Shown: positions 38,705 through 49,303 of the stretch, in pieces
Layout: the number at the start of each line of letters is the position of its first letter
How positions within the stretch are numbered: position 1 is the stretch's first letter
From: an uncultured Verrucomicrobiae bacterium
GTDB taxonomy: Bacteria > Verrucomicrobiota > Verrucomicrobiia > Chthoniobacterales > UBA10450
DNA length: 64,000 nt
Direction: 5' to 3'
NCBI GenBank assembly: GCA_963815455.1
Contig: CAWFGO010000001.1
Coordinates: forward strand, 448,001 to 512,000
Notes under the pieces: model-generated
Told to the model about the DNA's origin: nothing
Databases searched by the model: none
The model's input: the letters and a program-made list of their open reading frames with translations, nothing else
Translations under genes and position numbers: made by a program

Positions 38705-38920
38705 ATGAAAGCAATCGTGGTTGTATTCGCCCCCGAGCCTGACATCAGACCGTCAGGAGTGCAGGTCGAGCCCAGGCTGGAGATCGACGGCGCAGATTGG
38801 CACAGCGATCTGGATCAGAGCAAGGGCGACTCCCAACCCAAGCCGATGATGGGCAGAGAATCTGTAATTCCATTCTGGACCTGGTTCATTGAAAATCCAC
38901 GCCCAACGAGCTGTCATTAA
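38705..38920 (+). CDS. Small hypothetical protein, paralog of 43235-43471
   Basis: Shares MKxxVxxFxP start and FWTxFIENPRPxxxH* end with the 78-aa ORF in the kdp operon. Confidence 0.55.
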   Translation: MKAIVVVFAPEPDIRPSGVQVEPRLEIDGADWHSDLDQSKGDSQPKPMMGRESVIPFWTWFIENPRPTSCH

Positions 38921-39015
38921 ATTCACCCTTCGGGCAAGGATGGGAAAGGACTTTACACGGTCCCTGCCGTCGGAGACTCCATTGGCCCGCCGATGGCACG
39001 TCGATGGCACGTCGA

Positions 39016-39690
39016 TCATCCGAAACGATAACCGATTCCGGATTCGGTCTTGATCAGAGTTGACCTGGCCGGATCCGGTTCAATTTTCTGCCGCAGATGC
39101 GTGACGTAAACGCGCAAATATTGTCGATGCTCCTCGGATTTTGGGCCCCAAATCTCGCGTAGAATATAGCGGTGAGTGAGGATGCGGCCGGCATGCCGCA
39201 CAAATAGGCGAAGAAGTGCGTATTCGGTAGCGGTCAGCTTCACCTCCTTTCCAGCGCGGGTTACAACCCGCGTGGTCAGATCCACAACCAGGTCGCCGCG
39301 CTTAAACACGGAGGTTTCTTCTTCGGGTCGCGCCTTGCGTTGCGCGGCCCGAAGACGCGCCAGCAGTTCCGATGTGCCGAAGGGTTTGGTCACGTAATCG
39401 TCCGCGCCGGCATCGAGCGCAGCCACTTTGCCCGCTTCATCATCGCGCACCGAAAGAACAAGGACCGGCGCCTCGCTCCACTCGCGCAGCCGTTTCAAAA
39501 CTCCCAGCCCATCGATATCCGGCAGCCCAAGATCAAGCAGAATAACCGCCGGTTTGGAATTGGCGATCTCAACTAATCCGAGCTGCCCGGTCTCCGCTTC
39601 GCGGACCTGATAATTCTCCGCTTCCAGCGCGACGCGCAGGAGCCTGCGAATCTGGACCTCGTCATCGATGATCAGCGCGATCGGCTTCAT
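39016..39690 (-). CDS. kdpE: KdpE response regulator
   Basis: REC + winged helix; overlaps the kdpD stop. Confidence 0.92.
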   Translation of the reverse strand: MKPIALIIDDEVQIRRLLRVALEAENYQVREAETGQLGLVEIANSKPAVILLDLGLPDIDGLGVLKRLREWSEAPVLVLSVRDDEAGKVAALDAGADDYVTKPFGTSELLARLRAAQRKARPEEETSVFKRGDLVVDLTTRVVTRAGKEVKLTATEYALLRLFVRHAGRILTHRYILREIWGPKSEEHRQYLRVYVTHLRQKIEPDPARSTLIKTESGIGYRFG

Positions 39691-42314
39691 GCGGTCGCCG
39701 CTTCAGTCGGCAATCGCATCGCCTCGCCGATCGGCAAGCAAATCGAGAAACGGGCGCCACCGCCATCGCGATTTTGCGCGACGATCTGACCGCCGTGCGC
39801 TTCCACCAACTGGCGTGCGATCCAAAGTCCGAGGCCAAGGCCACCGGGCGCAGTGCCTGGACGGCGATAAAATTTTTCAAAAACCCTGTTCTCCTCGCCC
39901 GCCACGAGGCCAGGACCTCGATCGGCGACGGAAAAGACCATTATGGAGTTGTCACGCGCGACCCTGATCTCGATCGGCTCTTTGCTTGCTCCATGCAACG
40001 AAGCGTTAGCCAGTACGCAGATCAGTGCTTGTTCGATTAGGCGTGCGTCGACCGAGATCGCCGGCAAATCTGGAGCGATATTCACTGTGAATGCTTTTTC
40101 TTTCAGTCGCGCTCGTGCGATGGCATCACGCAACAATTCGCCCGGATCGCACCATTCGCGAACCGGTTGCAACAAACCCGACTCCAGCCGCGTTGCATCG
40201 AGCAAATGATCGACGGTGCGAGTGAGGCGTCCGACAGCTTGTTTCAATTCGGCCCGGTCCGGCTGCGGTTGTTGCAAGGCAGCGGAAATCGCCGCCAGCG
40301 GAGTCTTTAATTCGTGGGAAACGGAATCAAAAAGCGCGCGCTGCAATTTCTCCGATTGGCGGGCGAGCTGCGCGGCCCGGCGCTCTTCGAGGGCGCGCTC
40401 CTTGTAAACGAAAAGGGCAAGTTGCGCCGCAAAAGCGTCCATCAGTTCGCGCTGTTCGATCGTAGGCGTGCTGGTCAATCGCAGACTGAGCACGCCTTCG
40501 GAGCGATCGCCGGTAACGAGCGGAACATGGAGCGATTCGGCATCGGGCAATGTGTCGGTCGATCTTCCCGCGGCTTGTTTTTTCTGAAACGCCCACATCG
40601 CCACGCTCTCGTCTTTGGTCGAGCAGCGATACATGCTGGCCGGATGTTGCGACAGTCCGCCTTCGTCCCGTAACCAGATCCCAGGATCGGCTTGAAAAGA
40701 GTTTTTAATGAGCGCCAGAACTTTCGGCAGCGCTTCATCGAGATCGCGGCTGGCGGCAAGATCGCGCGTGAATCGATAGAGCGCAGTCGCCCGTTCTTCC
40801 CGGCGTCGCTCGGCTTGCTCGCGTTCGCGCAATTGAGTAGCGAGCTGGCCAATCACGATCGCGATTACGAAATACGCGCCGAACATCACGAAGTCCTGAA
40901 AGAGGCTGATGTAAAAAGTGAATCGCGGCGGAATGAACAAAAAATTCCAGAGCAATGCGCTCAGCGTCGCCAGAAACAATGTCGGCCACCGGCTCAAGCG
41001 CATTCCGGCAAGCACGACCGCGAGCAGATAAAACAGAGCAACCGCCCAGTAACCGGTGTAATCGAAAATCGCCAGCGATACGCCGGTCACTGCTCCGGCG
41101 ACGGCCAGCGCGACCACAAACTCGCGCCACGCTGTGCGCGCCAGACGCTCTTCCAATCGTTCCCGCCGGGGTCGCGCCCCTTCTTCGGCGGGGATCATAT
41201 GGATGTCGATGTTGCCGCTATTGCGCATGAGCCACCGAACCAGATCGCGCTTCCAAAAAGCCCAGGAAGGTCCGAGCGATTTGCCGACTACGATCTGCGT
41301 GACGTTATTCTCGCGAGCCAGGCGTAGCAGCGTTTCACTCACGTCGCGACCCGGCGTCGAGATGACCTCGGCGCCGAGTTGTCGCGCGAGCGCGAGATAG
41401 CGGGTTAGCCGCGCCTGTTCCTCTTTTGAAAGCGAGCGTGGCCCTTCGATGTTGGCGACGATCCACGATGCCTCCATCGACGATGCGAGTCGCCGGGTAT
41501 AACGAATCAATCTTTCCGAATACGGACTGGCGCTCACAGCCACGAGCAGCCGATCCGCCGTCTTCCACGGCCCGGCGATTTTTTGCTCCGACATAATGTC
41601 GCGCAAATCGCGATCGACATGTTCGGCCACGATCCGCAACGCCATCTCGCGCAAAGCTGTGAGATTGCTTTCCCGGAAAAAGTTTTCCGCAGCCGTAGCA
41701 GCGCGTTCGCCCATGTAAACTTTTCCTTCGGCCAAACGGGCCCGGAGTTGCTCCGGCGTAAGATCGACAAGCACGATTTCATTCGCCAGATCGAGAACCG
41801 AATCGGGCACGGTTTCGGTGACCGCAACTCCGCTGATTTGCCTAACCACATCACTGCGGCTGCCGACGTGCTGAACATTCAACGTCGTGTAAACGTCGAT
41901 GCCAGCATCGAGCAGCTCCAGCACATCTTGATACCGTTTCGGATGACGCGATGCCGGCGCGTTGGTGTGCGCGAGCTCATCGACAATCGCGAGCCCCGGA
42001 TGCCAGGTCAGGATGGCATCGAGGTCCATCTCCGTGAGCTTGGTGCCGCGATATTCGATCAGCGCGCGCGGGACGATCGGCATCCCTTCCGTCAACGCTT
42101 CGGTTTCTTTACGACCGTGCGTCTCAACAATTCCAACAACAACTTCGCACCCTTCCGCCTGTTTCTCTCGCGCGGCCAGTAACATGGCGTAGGTCTTGCC
42201 CACCCCCGGCGACATTCCGAAAAAAATATTGAGCTTCCCGCGCGTGGATTCCGCTTCTTCGCGCTTCAGTTGCGCGAGAAGGGCATCGGGATCAGGCCGT
42301 TCCGGCTCGGTCAT
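39687..42314 (-). CDS. kdpD: Sensor histidine kinase KdpD (full length)
   Basis: GVGKTYAML, VETHGR, VDELAHTN, USP domain, 4 TM, GAF, SHELKTPL. Confidence 0.96.
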   Translation of the reverse strand: MTEPERPDPDALLAQLKREEAESTRGKLNIFFGMSPGVGKTYAMLLAAREKQAEGCEVVVGIVETHGRKETEALTEGMPIVPRALIEYRGTKLTEMDLDAILTWHPGLAIVDELAHTNAPASRHPKRYQDVLELLDAGIDVYTTLNVQHVGSRSDVVRQISGVAVTETVPDSVLDLANEIVLVDLTPEQLRARLAEGKVYMGERAATAAENFFRESNLTALREMALRIVAEHVDRDLRDIMSEQKIAGPWKTADRLLVAVSASPYSERLIRYTRRLASSMEASWIVANIEGPRSLSKEEQARLTRYLALARQLGAEVISTPGRDVSETLLRLARENNVTQIVVGKSLGPSWAFWKRDLVRWLMRNSGNIDIHMIPAEEGARPRRERLEERLARTAWREFVVALAVAGAVTGVSLAIFDYTGYWAVALFYLLAVVLAGMRLSRWPTLFLATLSALLWNFLFIPPRFTFYISLFQDFVMFGAYFVIAIVIGQLATQLREREQAERRREERATALYRFTRDLAASRDLDEALPKVLALIKNSFQADPGIWLRDEGGLSQHPASMYRCSTKDESVAMWAFQKKQAAGRSTDTLPDAESLHVPLVTGDRSEGVLSLRLTSTPTIEQRELMDAFAAQLALFVYKERALEERRAAQLARQSEKLQRALFDSVSHELKTPLAAISAALQQPQPDRAELKQAVGRLTRTVDHLLDATRLESGLLQPVREWCDPGELLRDAIARARLKEKAFTVNIAPDLPAISVDARLIEQALICVLANASLHGASKEPIEIRVARDNSIMVFSVADRGPGLVAGEENRVFEKFYRRPGTAPGGLGLGLWIARQLVEAHGGQIVAQNRDGGGARFSICLPIGEAMRLPTEAATA

Positions 42315-42350
42315 CCGCCAATTCTACGCCGTTGCCACGTTGCCTGCATC

Positions 42351-43235
42351 TCAGAAGCGATGAGCGAACCCGACGAAGACGTTAACATCATCGGCGCTGC
42401 GCGTGAGCCCAATGTAGGAGTTGATGTCGATCGATGAATTAGGAGTGAGTTGATAGGTCAAACCGAAGTCGGCGGTCCCGATCCAAGGGTGATCGTGGCC
42501 GGAGCTGACTGCGTTGAAGAACTCGGCATAGCCGCTCAAGTTTCCGACGATCGTGCGCGACACACCCACAGGGTTGCTCCATTGCACGCGCATGTTGCTG
42601 CTCTGCGGTTCGTCGAGGATGTCGATCCTTGTTTGGCCAAACAAGGTAAAACCAGCCGGCAGCGAGTAGTTAACTGGCAGGCCAAAACCCGGTTCCCAAA
42701 CATGATTGCCAAGGTGATTCGTGTTTGTCGGAATTTTGAGCGAGGAGACGAGGCCAATCACGAGGTTGCCGCCGTCATTGCCGAGGAAGTTGATCTTTAG
42801 CCGGACCGTTGTGTCTCCAAAGCCATCTTGCTCCAGTGGTTTTCCAAAGTCCTTTCCGCTCGTGCGCCGGTTGACATAAAAATTTGGAATAACCTGAAAA
42901 TCCATCCAGTTCGTCAGGCCGAGTTTGAAATTTGTTTGCCCGATTACCCAGGTGCGAACGCGAATGTCGAGATGTTCGGGATTGCGATGATCGTAGATCC
43001 AATCGGCCGCCGTGGATTCAATTTGGAAAGCGCCAGCATCAATCGTGTAAGGGCTATCGGTGTTGCTGGAGCGATCCGTATTGTAAGGCCGGCGCAGGTT
43101 AATCGGGGTCGGATTGAAAATTGTGTATCGCGACTTGTCCGGCGGAGGCGTGCTGGCGGGCGCTGACGATTCTCCGTCGGCGAAGGCCGCGTGTGCGCAA
43201 ATGGTAATTGCCAGCGCAATAAGAGTCCGTTTCAT
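42351..43235 (-). CDS. Outer-membrane beta-barrel 'transporter' (Phenol_MetA_deg/COG4313-like)
   Basis: Signal peptide MKRTLIALAITICAHAAFA; TDR...SPYTIDAG.FQIE; GFGDTTVRLKINF; terminal aromatic ...VGFAHRF. Confidence 0.75.
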   Translation of the reverse strand: MKRTLIALAITICAHAAFADGESSAPASTPPPDKSRYTIFNPTPINLRRPYNTDRSSNTDSPYTIDAGAFQIESTAADWIYDHRNPEHLDIRVRTWVIGQTNFKLGLTNWMDFQVIPNFYVNRRTSGKDFGKPLEQDGFGDTTVRLKINFLGNDGGNLVIGLVSSLKIPTNTNHLGNHVWEPGFGLPVNYSLPAGFTLFGQTRIDILDEPQSSNMRVQWSNPVGVSRTIVGNLSGYAEFFNAVSSGHDHPWIGTADFGLTYQLTPNSSIDINSYIGLTRSADDVNVFVGFAHRF

Positions 43236-43471
43236 TAATGTTTCATTGGTGGCCGCGGGTTCTCGATGAACTGGGTCCAGAACGACAAATGCTGGGGAGC
43301 GCAGGCTGCTAGCCTGCTGTGCTCGGCAGCTTGCCGAGCACTCTTTTTCGATCCTTGAACGGCTGGAGCAATTTCGGAATGCGAAGAGCAAGCTGCTCTT
43401 CGCTGCAGGCTGGCAGCCTGCGCTCCCCAATCCGGCGAAACCGGAACGAAGATGGAGACGCACGTTTTCAT
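43235..43471 (-). CDS. Small hypothetical protein inside the kdp operon, paralog of 38705-38920
   Basis: Starts 11 bp after the kdpC stop; TAATG overlap with the barrel gene; shared terminal motifs. Confidence 0.55.
   Translation of the reverse strand: MKTCVSIFVPVSPDWGAQAASLQRRAACSSHSEIAPAVQGSKKSARQAAEHSRLAACAPQHLSFWTQFIENPRPPMKH
43293..43429. repeat. Long REPIN-like inverted repeat
   Basis: tggggagcgcaggctgctagcctgc ... gcaggctggcagcctgcgctcccca with internal hairpins. Confidence 0.75.
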
Positions 43472-43482
43472 TGTTAAACCGA

Positions 43483-44047
43483 TCAGCGAAGCGAATCGAG
43501 CGCGAGATTCAGCTCCAAAACGTTGACCAACCGATCGGGAGAGAGCGGGCCGCCGGGCGCAAAAGCGTGTTGCCTAACGAGTCCGTCGACTTGCGACTGC
43601 GGAACTCCGCGCGCGATTGCCACGCGCGCTGCCTGATACAAGGCTGCGTGCTCGGTGATGTGCGGATCGAGTCCGCCACCGGAGGTTGCGGCGAGTTCTG
43701 CCGGCAACGGTTTGTCAGCAGTCGCGCCATATTGTGCGATTATCGTTTTTGCGCGGTCGGTCAGATCGCTGCTGGTGGGAGATTTGTTGCTGCCGCTCGC
43801 GCTCGACGCGTCATAGCCGTCTTTCCCCGCTGCTGAGGGTCGCGGCCAGAAGTAACGCGGCTGGCTGAACTTCTGCGCAATTAAATGGCTGCCGATGATT
43901 TTTCCATCGGCGCTCTTGATCAAGGACCCATCGGCGGTGTCGGGGCTGAAAATCCTGGCGACCCCGAAAATCAGTGCGGCGTAGCCCGCCACACAGACAA
44001 CGCATGGTGACGATAACGAGGCGAATGCTGGCAATAAGTGATTTCAT
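43483..44047 (-). CDS. kdpC: K+-transporting ATPase subunit C (extra base near 44002)
   Basis: GSLI...IGSHLIAQKF...YFWPRPSA, SGGGLDPHI, VNVLELNLALD; N-terminus MKSLIASIRL in the adjacent frame. Confidence 0.88.
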
Positions 44048-44051
44048 ATAT

Positions 44052-45736
44052 CTACCTCATGAATTGCAGATGCTCGGCGATCGGGCCGAGCGCCGCGGCC
44101 GGGAAAAATGTGAGCGCGCCGACAAAAAGAATGGTCCCGAATAACATCACGCCGAAGGTGCCGTCTTCGACGCCGAGGGTTCCGGCCGATTGGCGACGTC
44201 CGCCGTTTCGCGGCGAGCGAGCCGGAGATGGCCAGCGGCAGAATAATGGGAATGAACCGCGCCAGCATCATCACAACGCCGGTGCCAACATTCCACGGAA
44301 TCGTGTTATCCCCGAGTCCTTCAAAACCGGAGCCGTTGTTCGCGTTTGCTGAGCTGTACTCGTAAAGCATTTCACTGAAGCCGTGCGGGCCGGTGTTATT
44401 CAACGTCTTGGCGCCCCAATCGGGGATGGCGGCAAAAAGCGCGGTGGGCGCAAGAACAAAGAGCGCATGCGCAAAGAGCGCGATGACAGCGAGCTTGACC
44501 TCGCGCGCCTCGATTCGTCTCCCGAGAAATTCCGGTGTCCGTCCCACCATCATTCCAGCCACGAAAACGGCGAGAACGATATAGAGAAACATGTTGATCA
44601 TGCCGACACCGACGCCGCCGAAAGTCGTATTCAACCACATGCCGATCATCGGCATCAGGCCGGTCATGGGGTTCAGACTGTCATGCATCGCGTTGACCGA
44701 GCCGTTGCTCGTGCATGTTGTGAGCACGGCCCACAATGGTCCGGCCGTCGTCCCGAAGCGCAGTTCTTTGCCTTCAAGGTTGCCGACAGTTTGTTCGATC
44801 GGCAATCGATCAAAGGCCTGGGTTGGCGCTTGTTCAAACCAGACCGCGCCGCTGATTTTCCCGACCAGGAATACGAACATCACGGCGAAGATCACTGCTG
44901 CATGGCGCATGCGCCCGACAATGCGACCAAACATCCAGACGCACGCCATCGGAATCAGGATGATCGACACGGATGCGAGGATGTTGGTCCAGAAGGTTGG
45001 GTTCTCGAACGGATGCGTACAGTTAGGCCCGAAGAATCCGCCGCCGTTGGTCCCGAGTTGTTTAATCGTCAGGAAGGCAGCCACCGGGCCGCGCGCGATG
45101 GTTTGTTGGATACCCTCCAGGGTGCTGGCATGGGCTGCGCCGAGAAATGTCATCGGCATGCCACCGAAAACCATCAGTGACGCCACGATGATCGCGATCG
45201 GCAGCAGCACCAGAAACGTCGCGCGCTGAAGATCGCAAAAGAAATTGCCCATCTCTTTGCGACCGGCGAGGCCGCGCGCCATCGCGGCAAGCGCGGCGAT
45301 GCCAGTTGCGGCGGAAACGAATTGCAGCCACATCAGGGCGCAAAGTTGCGAGAGATAACTCATCGACACCTCACCCGAATAGTGTTGGAGATTGGTATTC
45401 GTCATGAACGACGCCGCGGTGTTGAAGATGCAATCGATGTTGATCGCTCCTTTGCCGTCGGGGTTGAGCGGCAGGTGCTGTTGAAATGCCATCAACCCGA
45501 AGCTGACGGAAAACATAAGGACATTGAAAACGAGCATCGAAACCACGTATTGCTTCCAATTCTGCTGCTGCGGCGCTGAACTGCCCGCCAAAGAATTGAA
45601 ACAGCCGGTCGAGCTTTCTCGCGCTTGAGCTGCGAGATAGATCCGGGTCCATGGCCCATTTCATGTAACGGCCGAGCGGCCAGGAAAGGATGGCGGTGCC
45701 GCCGACGATGAGTGCGATGAAAAGAATTGCGTTCAT
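44052..45736 (-). CDS. kdpA: K+-transporting ATPase subunit A (frameshifts near 45580 and 44190)
   Basis: Filter motifs [31 protein letters not shown]-terminus [14 protein letters not shown] in a shifted frame, ending TAG at 44052. Confidence 0.9.
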
Positions 45737-45741
45737 AAAGT

Positions 45742-45822
45742 TCAGTCCTCCCAACGCGCGATCGCTTCAGTCAACGCGAACAGGAGCGCGAAAATGATGA
45801 GACCGAGAATGAAGTAGATCAT
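45742..45822 (-). CDS. 26-aa hydrophobic peptide (KdpF-like accessory)
   Basis: MIYFILGLIIFALLFALTEAIARWED*, filling the kdpB-kdpA gap. Confidence 0.6.
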   Translation of the reverse strand: MIYFILGLIIFALLFALTEAIARWED

Positions 45823-45834
45823 AGAATCGTTAGG

Positions 45835-47899
45835 TTAAATGAGGTGCAAAGCAGGCAGAAGCATGTCGATCAACTTGATGCCGATGAACGGCGCGATGAC
45901 TCCGCCAAGACCGTAGATCAGCAGGTTGCGGCGAAGGATCGCGGCCGCGCCAATCGGTCGATAGGCGATGCCGCGCAACGCGAGCGGAATAAGCGCGATA
46001 ATGATGAGCGCGTTGAAAATAACGGCGCTAAGAATGGCCGATTGCGGCGAATGCAGCCGCATGATGTCGAGCGCGGCGAGTGGACCTCTCTGTCCCGGTG
46101 TTGCCACATAAGTCGCGGCAAACATGGCCGGCAAAATCGCAAAATATTTCGCGACATCATTGGCAAGACTGAAAGTGGTCAGCGCACCGCGCGTCATGAT
46201 CAGTTGCTTCCCGATCTCGACGATGTCGATCAACTTGGTCGGGTTGCTGTCGAGATCGACCATGTTACCCGCTTCGCGGGCGGCTTGCGTGCCGGTGTTC
46301 ATGGCAACGCCAACGTCGGCTTGCGCGAGTGCCGGTGCGTCATTTGTTCCGTCGCCGGTCATGGCGACCAGCCGGCCTTGCGCTTGTTCCTCGCGAATCC
46401 GCTTCAGTTTGTCTTCCGGCGTGGCTTGCGCCATGAAATCGTCCACGCCCGCTTCGGCTGCAATCGAGCCTGCCGTCAGCGGATTGTCGCCGGTTACCAT
46501 TACTGTGCGAATGCCCATTTTGCGCAGATGGGCGAAGCGCTCTTTGATTCCACCTTTGACCACGTCTTTCAATTCCACGACGCCGAGGATCATCATTTCC
46601 GAAGCGACCACCAGTGGGGTTCCGCCGCGATGTGAAATCTCATCGACAGTTTTCGTTACCGACTGTGGAAAAACGCCACCAGCTGATTCAACAAACGTCC
46701 GGACGGCCTCGGCGGCGCCCTTGCGCACCCGCATGGTCGGCTGCGTGTTGCTGGCGTGCAGATCGATACCGCTCATGCGCGTTTGGGCCGTGAACGGAAT
46801 GAACGTGGCGTGGAGCTCGTGCATTTCCCGCCCGCGCAGTCCGAATTTTTCCTTTGCCAATACGACGATCGAACGGCCTTCCGGCGTTTCATCGGCGAGC
46901 GAGCTGAGCTGCGCAGAAGCGGCCAGGTCGTTAGGCGCAATTCCTGGCGCGGGATGAAACGCCACCGCCATGCGGTTGCCAAGCGTGATCGTGCCTGTCT
47001 TGTCGAGAAGGAGAACGTCAATGTCACCCGAGGCTTCGACCGCGCGTCCGCTCATCGCCAGGACATTGCGTTGGAGGACGCGGTCCATTCCGGCGATACC
47101 GATCGCGCTGAGCAGTCCGCCGATCGTTGTTGGAATCAAACAGACGAGCAGCGCGACGAGCACCGGCACGGAAAAAACGGCCGACGCGTAGACACCGAAC
47201 GGTTTCAACGTTACGCAAACCAGCAGAAAAATCAGTGTCAGTGCGGCGAGCAAAATCGTCAGCGCAATCTCGTTAGGCGTTTTTTGCCGTCGTGCTCCTT
47301 CGACAAGCGCGATCATGCGATCGAGAAAACCCTGGCCTTTTTCCATCGTCACGCGAATGACGATGCGATCGCTCAAGCACACGCGTGCCGCCGGTCACGG
47401 CGCTGCGGTCACCGCCACTTTCCCGAATAACCGGCGCAGATTCGCCGGTGATCGCGGCTTCATCGACGCTCGCGATTCCTTCGATCACATCGCCATCGGC
47501 CGGAATGATGTCGCCCGTTTCGCAAACAACGATGTCGCCCTTCTGCAAGATCGGCGCTGGGAACGTTTTCTTCACTGCCATTACGCAACCGGCGCGCCAT
47601 CGTTTCCGTGCGCGATCTGGCGCAATGCCGCGGCCTGCGCTTTGCCGCGTCCTTCCGCAACGGCTTCGGCGAAATTGGCAAACAAGACCGTAAACCAAAG
47701 CCAGATCGACAGGTGCGCAACAAATCCGCGCTCGCCGGTTGACGTGAAAATGCCGACCGTCGTCAAAATCGCGCCAACCATCGTGACAAACATGACTGGG
47801 TTCTTGATCATCAGCCGCGGGTTCAAGCTTTTTGAAAGCGTCGCCGATCGCGGGGCCGACGATGCTCCAATCAAATAAAGAACGAGGTTTCTGACTCAT
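45835..47899 (-). CDS. kdpB: K+-transporting ATPase subunit B (four one-base frameshifts in the 5' 550 bp)
   Basis: [50 protein letters not shown]. Confidence 0.92.
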
Positions 47900-47909
47900 A
47901 CGCGAGTCG

Positions 47910-47993
47910 TCAAAACTTTTCCGGACGAATCACGGCCACGAACAGGTAGATAAAGAGCAACAGCGCGATGATGCCGACGATGATTGTTTCCAT
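47910..47993 (-). CDS. kdpF: K+-transporting ATPase subunit F
   Basis: [35 protein letters not shown] upstream. Confidence 0.88.
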   Translation of the reverse strand: METIIVGIIALLLFIYLFVAVIRPEKF

Positions 47994-48003
47994 GGCGATC
48001 CTC

Positions 48004-48085
48004 CTAAAGCTGGTCGCAAAAGCCACATAAAGAGCGCTGACGATGAAGAATCACGAGACGATCCCAGCAAAATTAAGTCGCTCAT
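48004..48085 (-). CDS. Small hydrophobic peptide upstream of kdpF (indel-disrupted)
   Basis: Pieces read MSDLILLG / FFIVSALYVAF / DQL*; the 82-bp span is not a multiple of 3. Confidence 0.4.
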
Positions 48086-48143
48086 AACCGATCCACAATA
48101 AGCGAACTTCCGGGCGTGCGATAATTAAACGATGCGCCAAACC

Positions 48144-48160
48144 GTTAAAAATTCGTTAAA
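48144..48160 (-). promoter_or_regulatory. KdpE-box-like direct repeat upstream of the kdp operon
   Basis: TTTAAC-N5-TTTAAC; resembles the E. coli KdpE site TTTATA-N5-TTTACA. Confidence 0.6.
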
Positions 48161-48264
48161 GCCGACGAAGGCGAGTAGAAAGTCTCCAAACTCCCTTCCC
48201 GAAGAAATCGATTTCCTCGTTTACGCGTGATTGCTCATCCTCCTTCCCAACTCCTCGACTTCCT

Positions 48265-49284
48265 CTACCCGCGCACCGCTTTCATTCCCTGCCGAATGAT
48301 CCGGTCGATCATTTGCGGATAAGCCAGGCCCATTTTACCCGCCGCGAGCGCGAAGTCTTCGTCCTCCGCCAGATGCGGATTCGGATTCGCTTCGATGAAA
48401 TAAACGTGATTGTCCGCTGTCAGTCGCAGATCGATTCGGGCGTAACCGTCGATCGTGAGCAAACGATAGATTCGTTTGCAGGTCTCCTCGATGTGATCGA
48501 CCAGCGCCGCATCGAGCCCTTCGGGAAACTGGTTCTCCAAGCCCCAGCGTTTCCGATATTCCTCATCCCATTTCGCCTTGTAAGTCGCGATCTTCGGCTC
48601 GTTCGGCGGCACTTCGCGAAATACCATCTCGCGGATCGGAAACACGGTCAGCTTCACGTTGCCCATGATGCTGACGTAAAGTTCCCGGCCATCGATATAT
48701 TCCTCCGCGATCGCGTCGCTGTTGTATTTTTCGTGGATAAAACCGATCCGTTCGCGGAAATCGTCGTCGGTCTCGACGAATGATGCCCGGGAAATTCCGT
48801 AGGACGCTTCCTCCTTTACCGGTTTGACCAGGATCGGAAACTTGAGCTGTTTGGGGCGCCCGATCCGTTGGCCGCGTGGAATAACGACGAAATGGGGCAC
48901 ATGGATCCCGTGATAATGCAGAATTTTTTTCGAGATCCCCTTGTGCTTGCAAAGGGTCAGCCCGGTCGAACCGCATCCGGTAAAGGGCAGGCCTTGCATT
49001 TCAAAAAATGAAACGATGTTCTGATCGAACCCGGGATTGTTCTTAAACTGCTCGACCAGGTTGAAAAGAACGTCCGGCGCGAACGTCTCCAGTTTTTGCC
49101 GGAGAAGATCGACATCGTCGTAGATGGCGAGATGCTCGGCGGTGTGACCGAGCGTGCTCAGCGCGGCCATCACGTTCGCCTCGGTCTTCCAATCCGGCGT
49201 TTTCATTTCCTTGGAAAAATCCTGGTCGAGCGTGGTCGGGCTCGTGCCGTCGAACAGGACCAGAACTTTGAGTTTCTTTTTCAC
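48265..49284 (-). CDS. D-Ala-D-Ala ligase-like ATP-grasp enzyme
   Basis: PFTGCG, FPILVKP...ASYGI, EEYIDGRE, GYARIDLR, FIEANPNP. Confidence 0.85.
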   Translation of the reverse strand: MKKKLKVLVLFDGTSPTTLDQDFSKEMKTPDWKTEANVMAALSTLGHTAEHLAIYDDVDLLRQKLETFAPDVLFNLVEQFKNNPGFDQNIVSFFEMQGLPFTGCGSTGLTLCKHKGISKKILHYHGIHVPHFVVIPRGQRIGRPKQLKFPILVKPVKEEASYGISRASFVETDDDFRERIGFIHEKYNSDAIAEEYIDGRELYVSIMGNVKLTVFPIREMVFREVPPNEPKIATYKAKWDEEYRKRWGLENQFPEGLDAALVDHIEETCKRIYRLLTIDGYARIDLRLTADNHVYFIEANPNPHLAEDEDFALAAGKMGLAYPQMIDRIIRQGMKAVRG

Positions 49285-49303
49285 AAAAAAATCGGTTTCG
49301 TTC

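Noticed and set aside
42351..43463. 370-aa version of the barrel gene
   Set aside because: The extension runs through a palindromic repeat and the micro-protein; the signal peptide starts at 43235.
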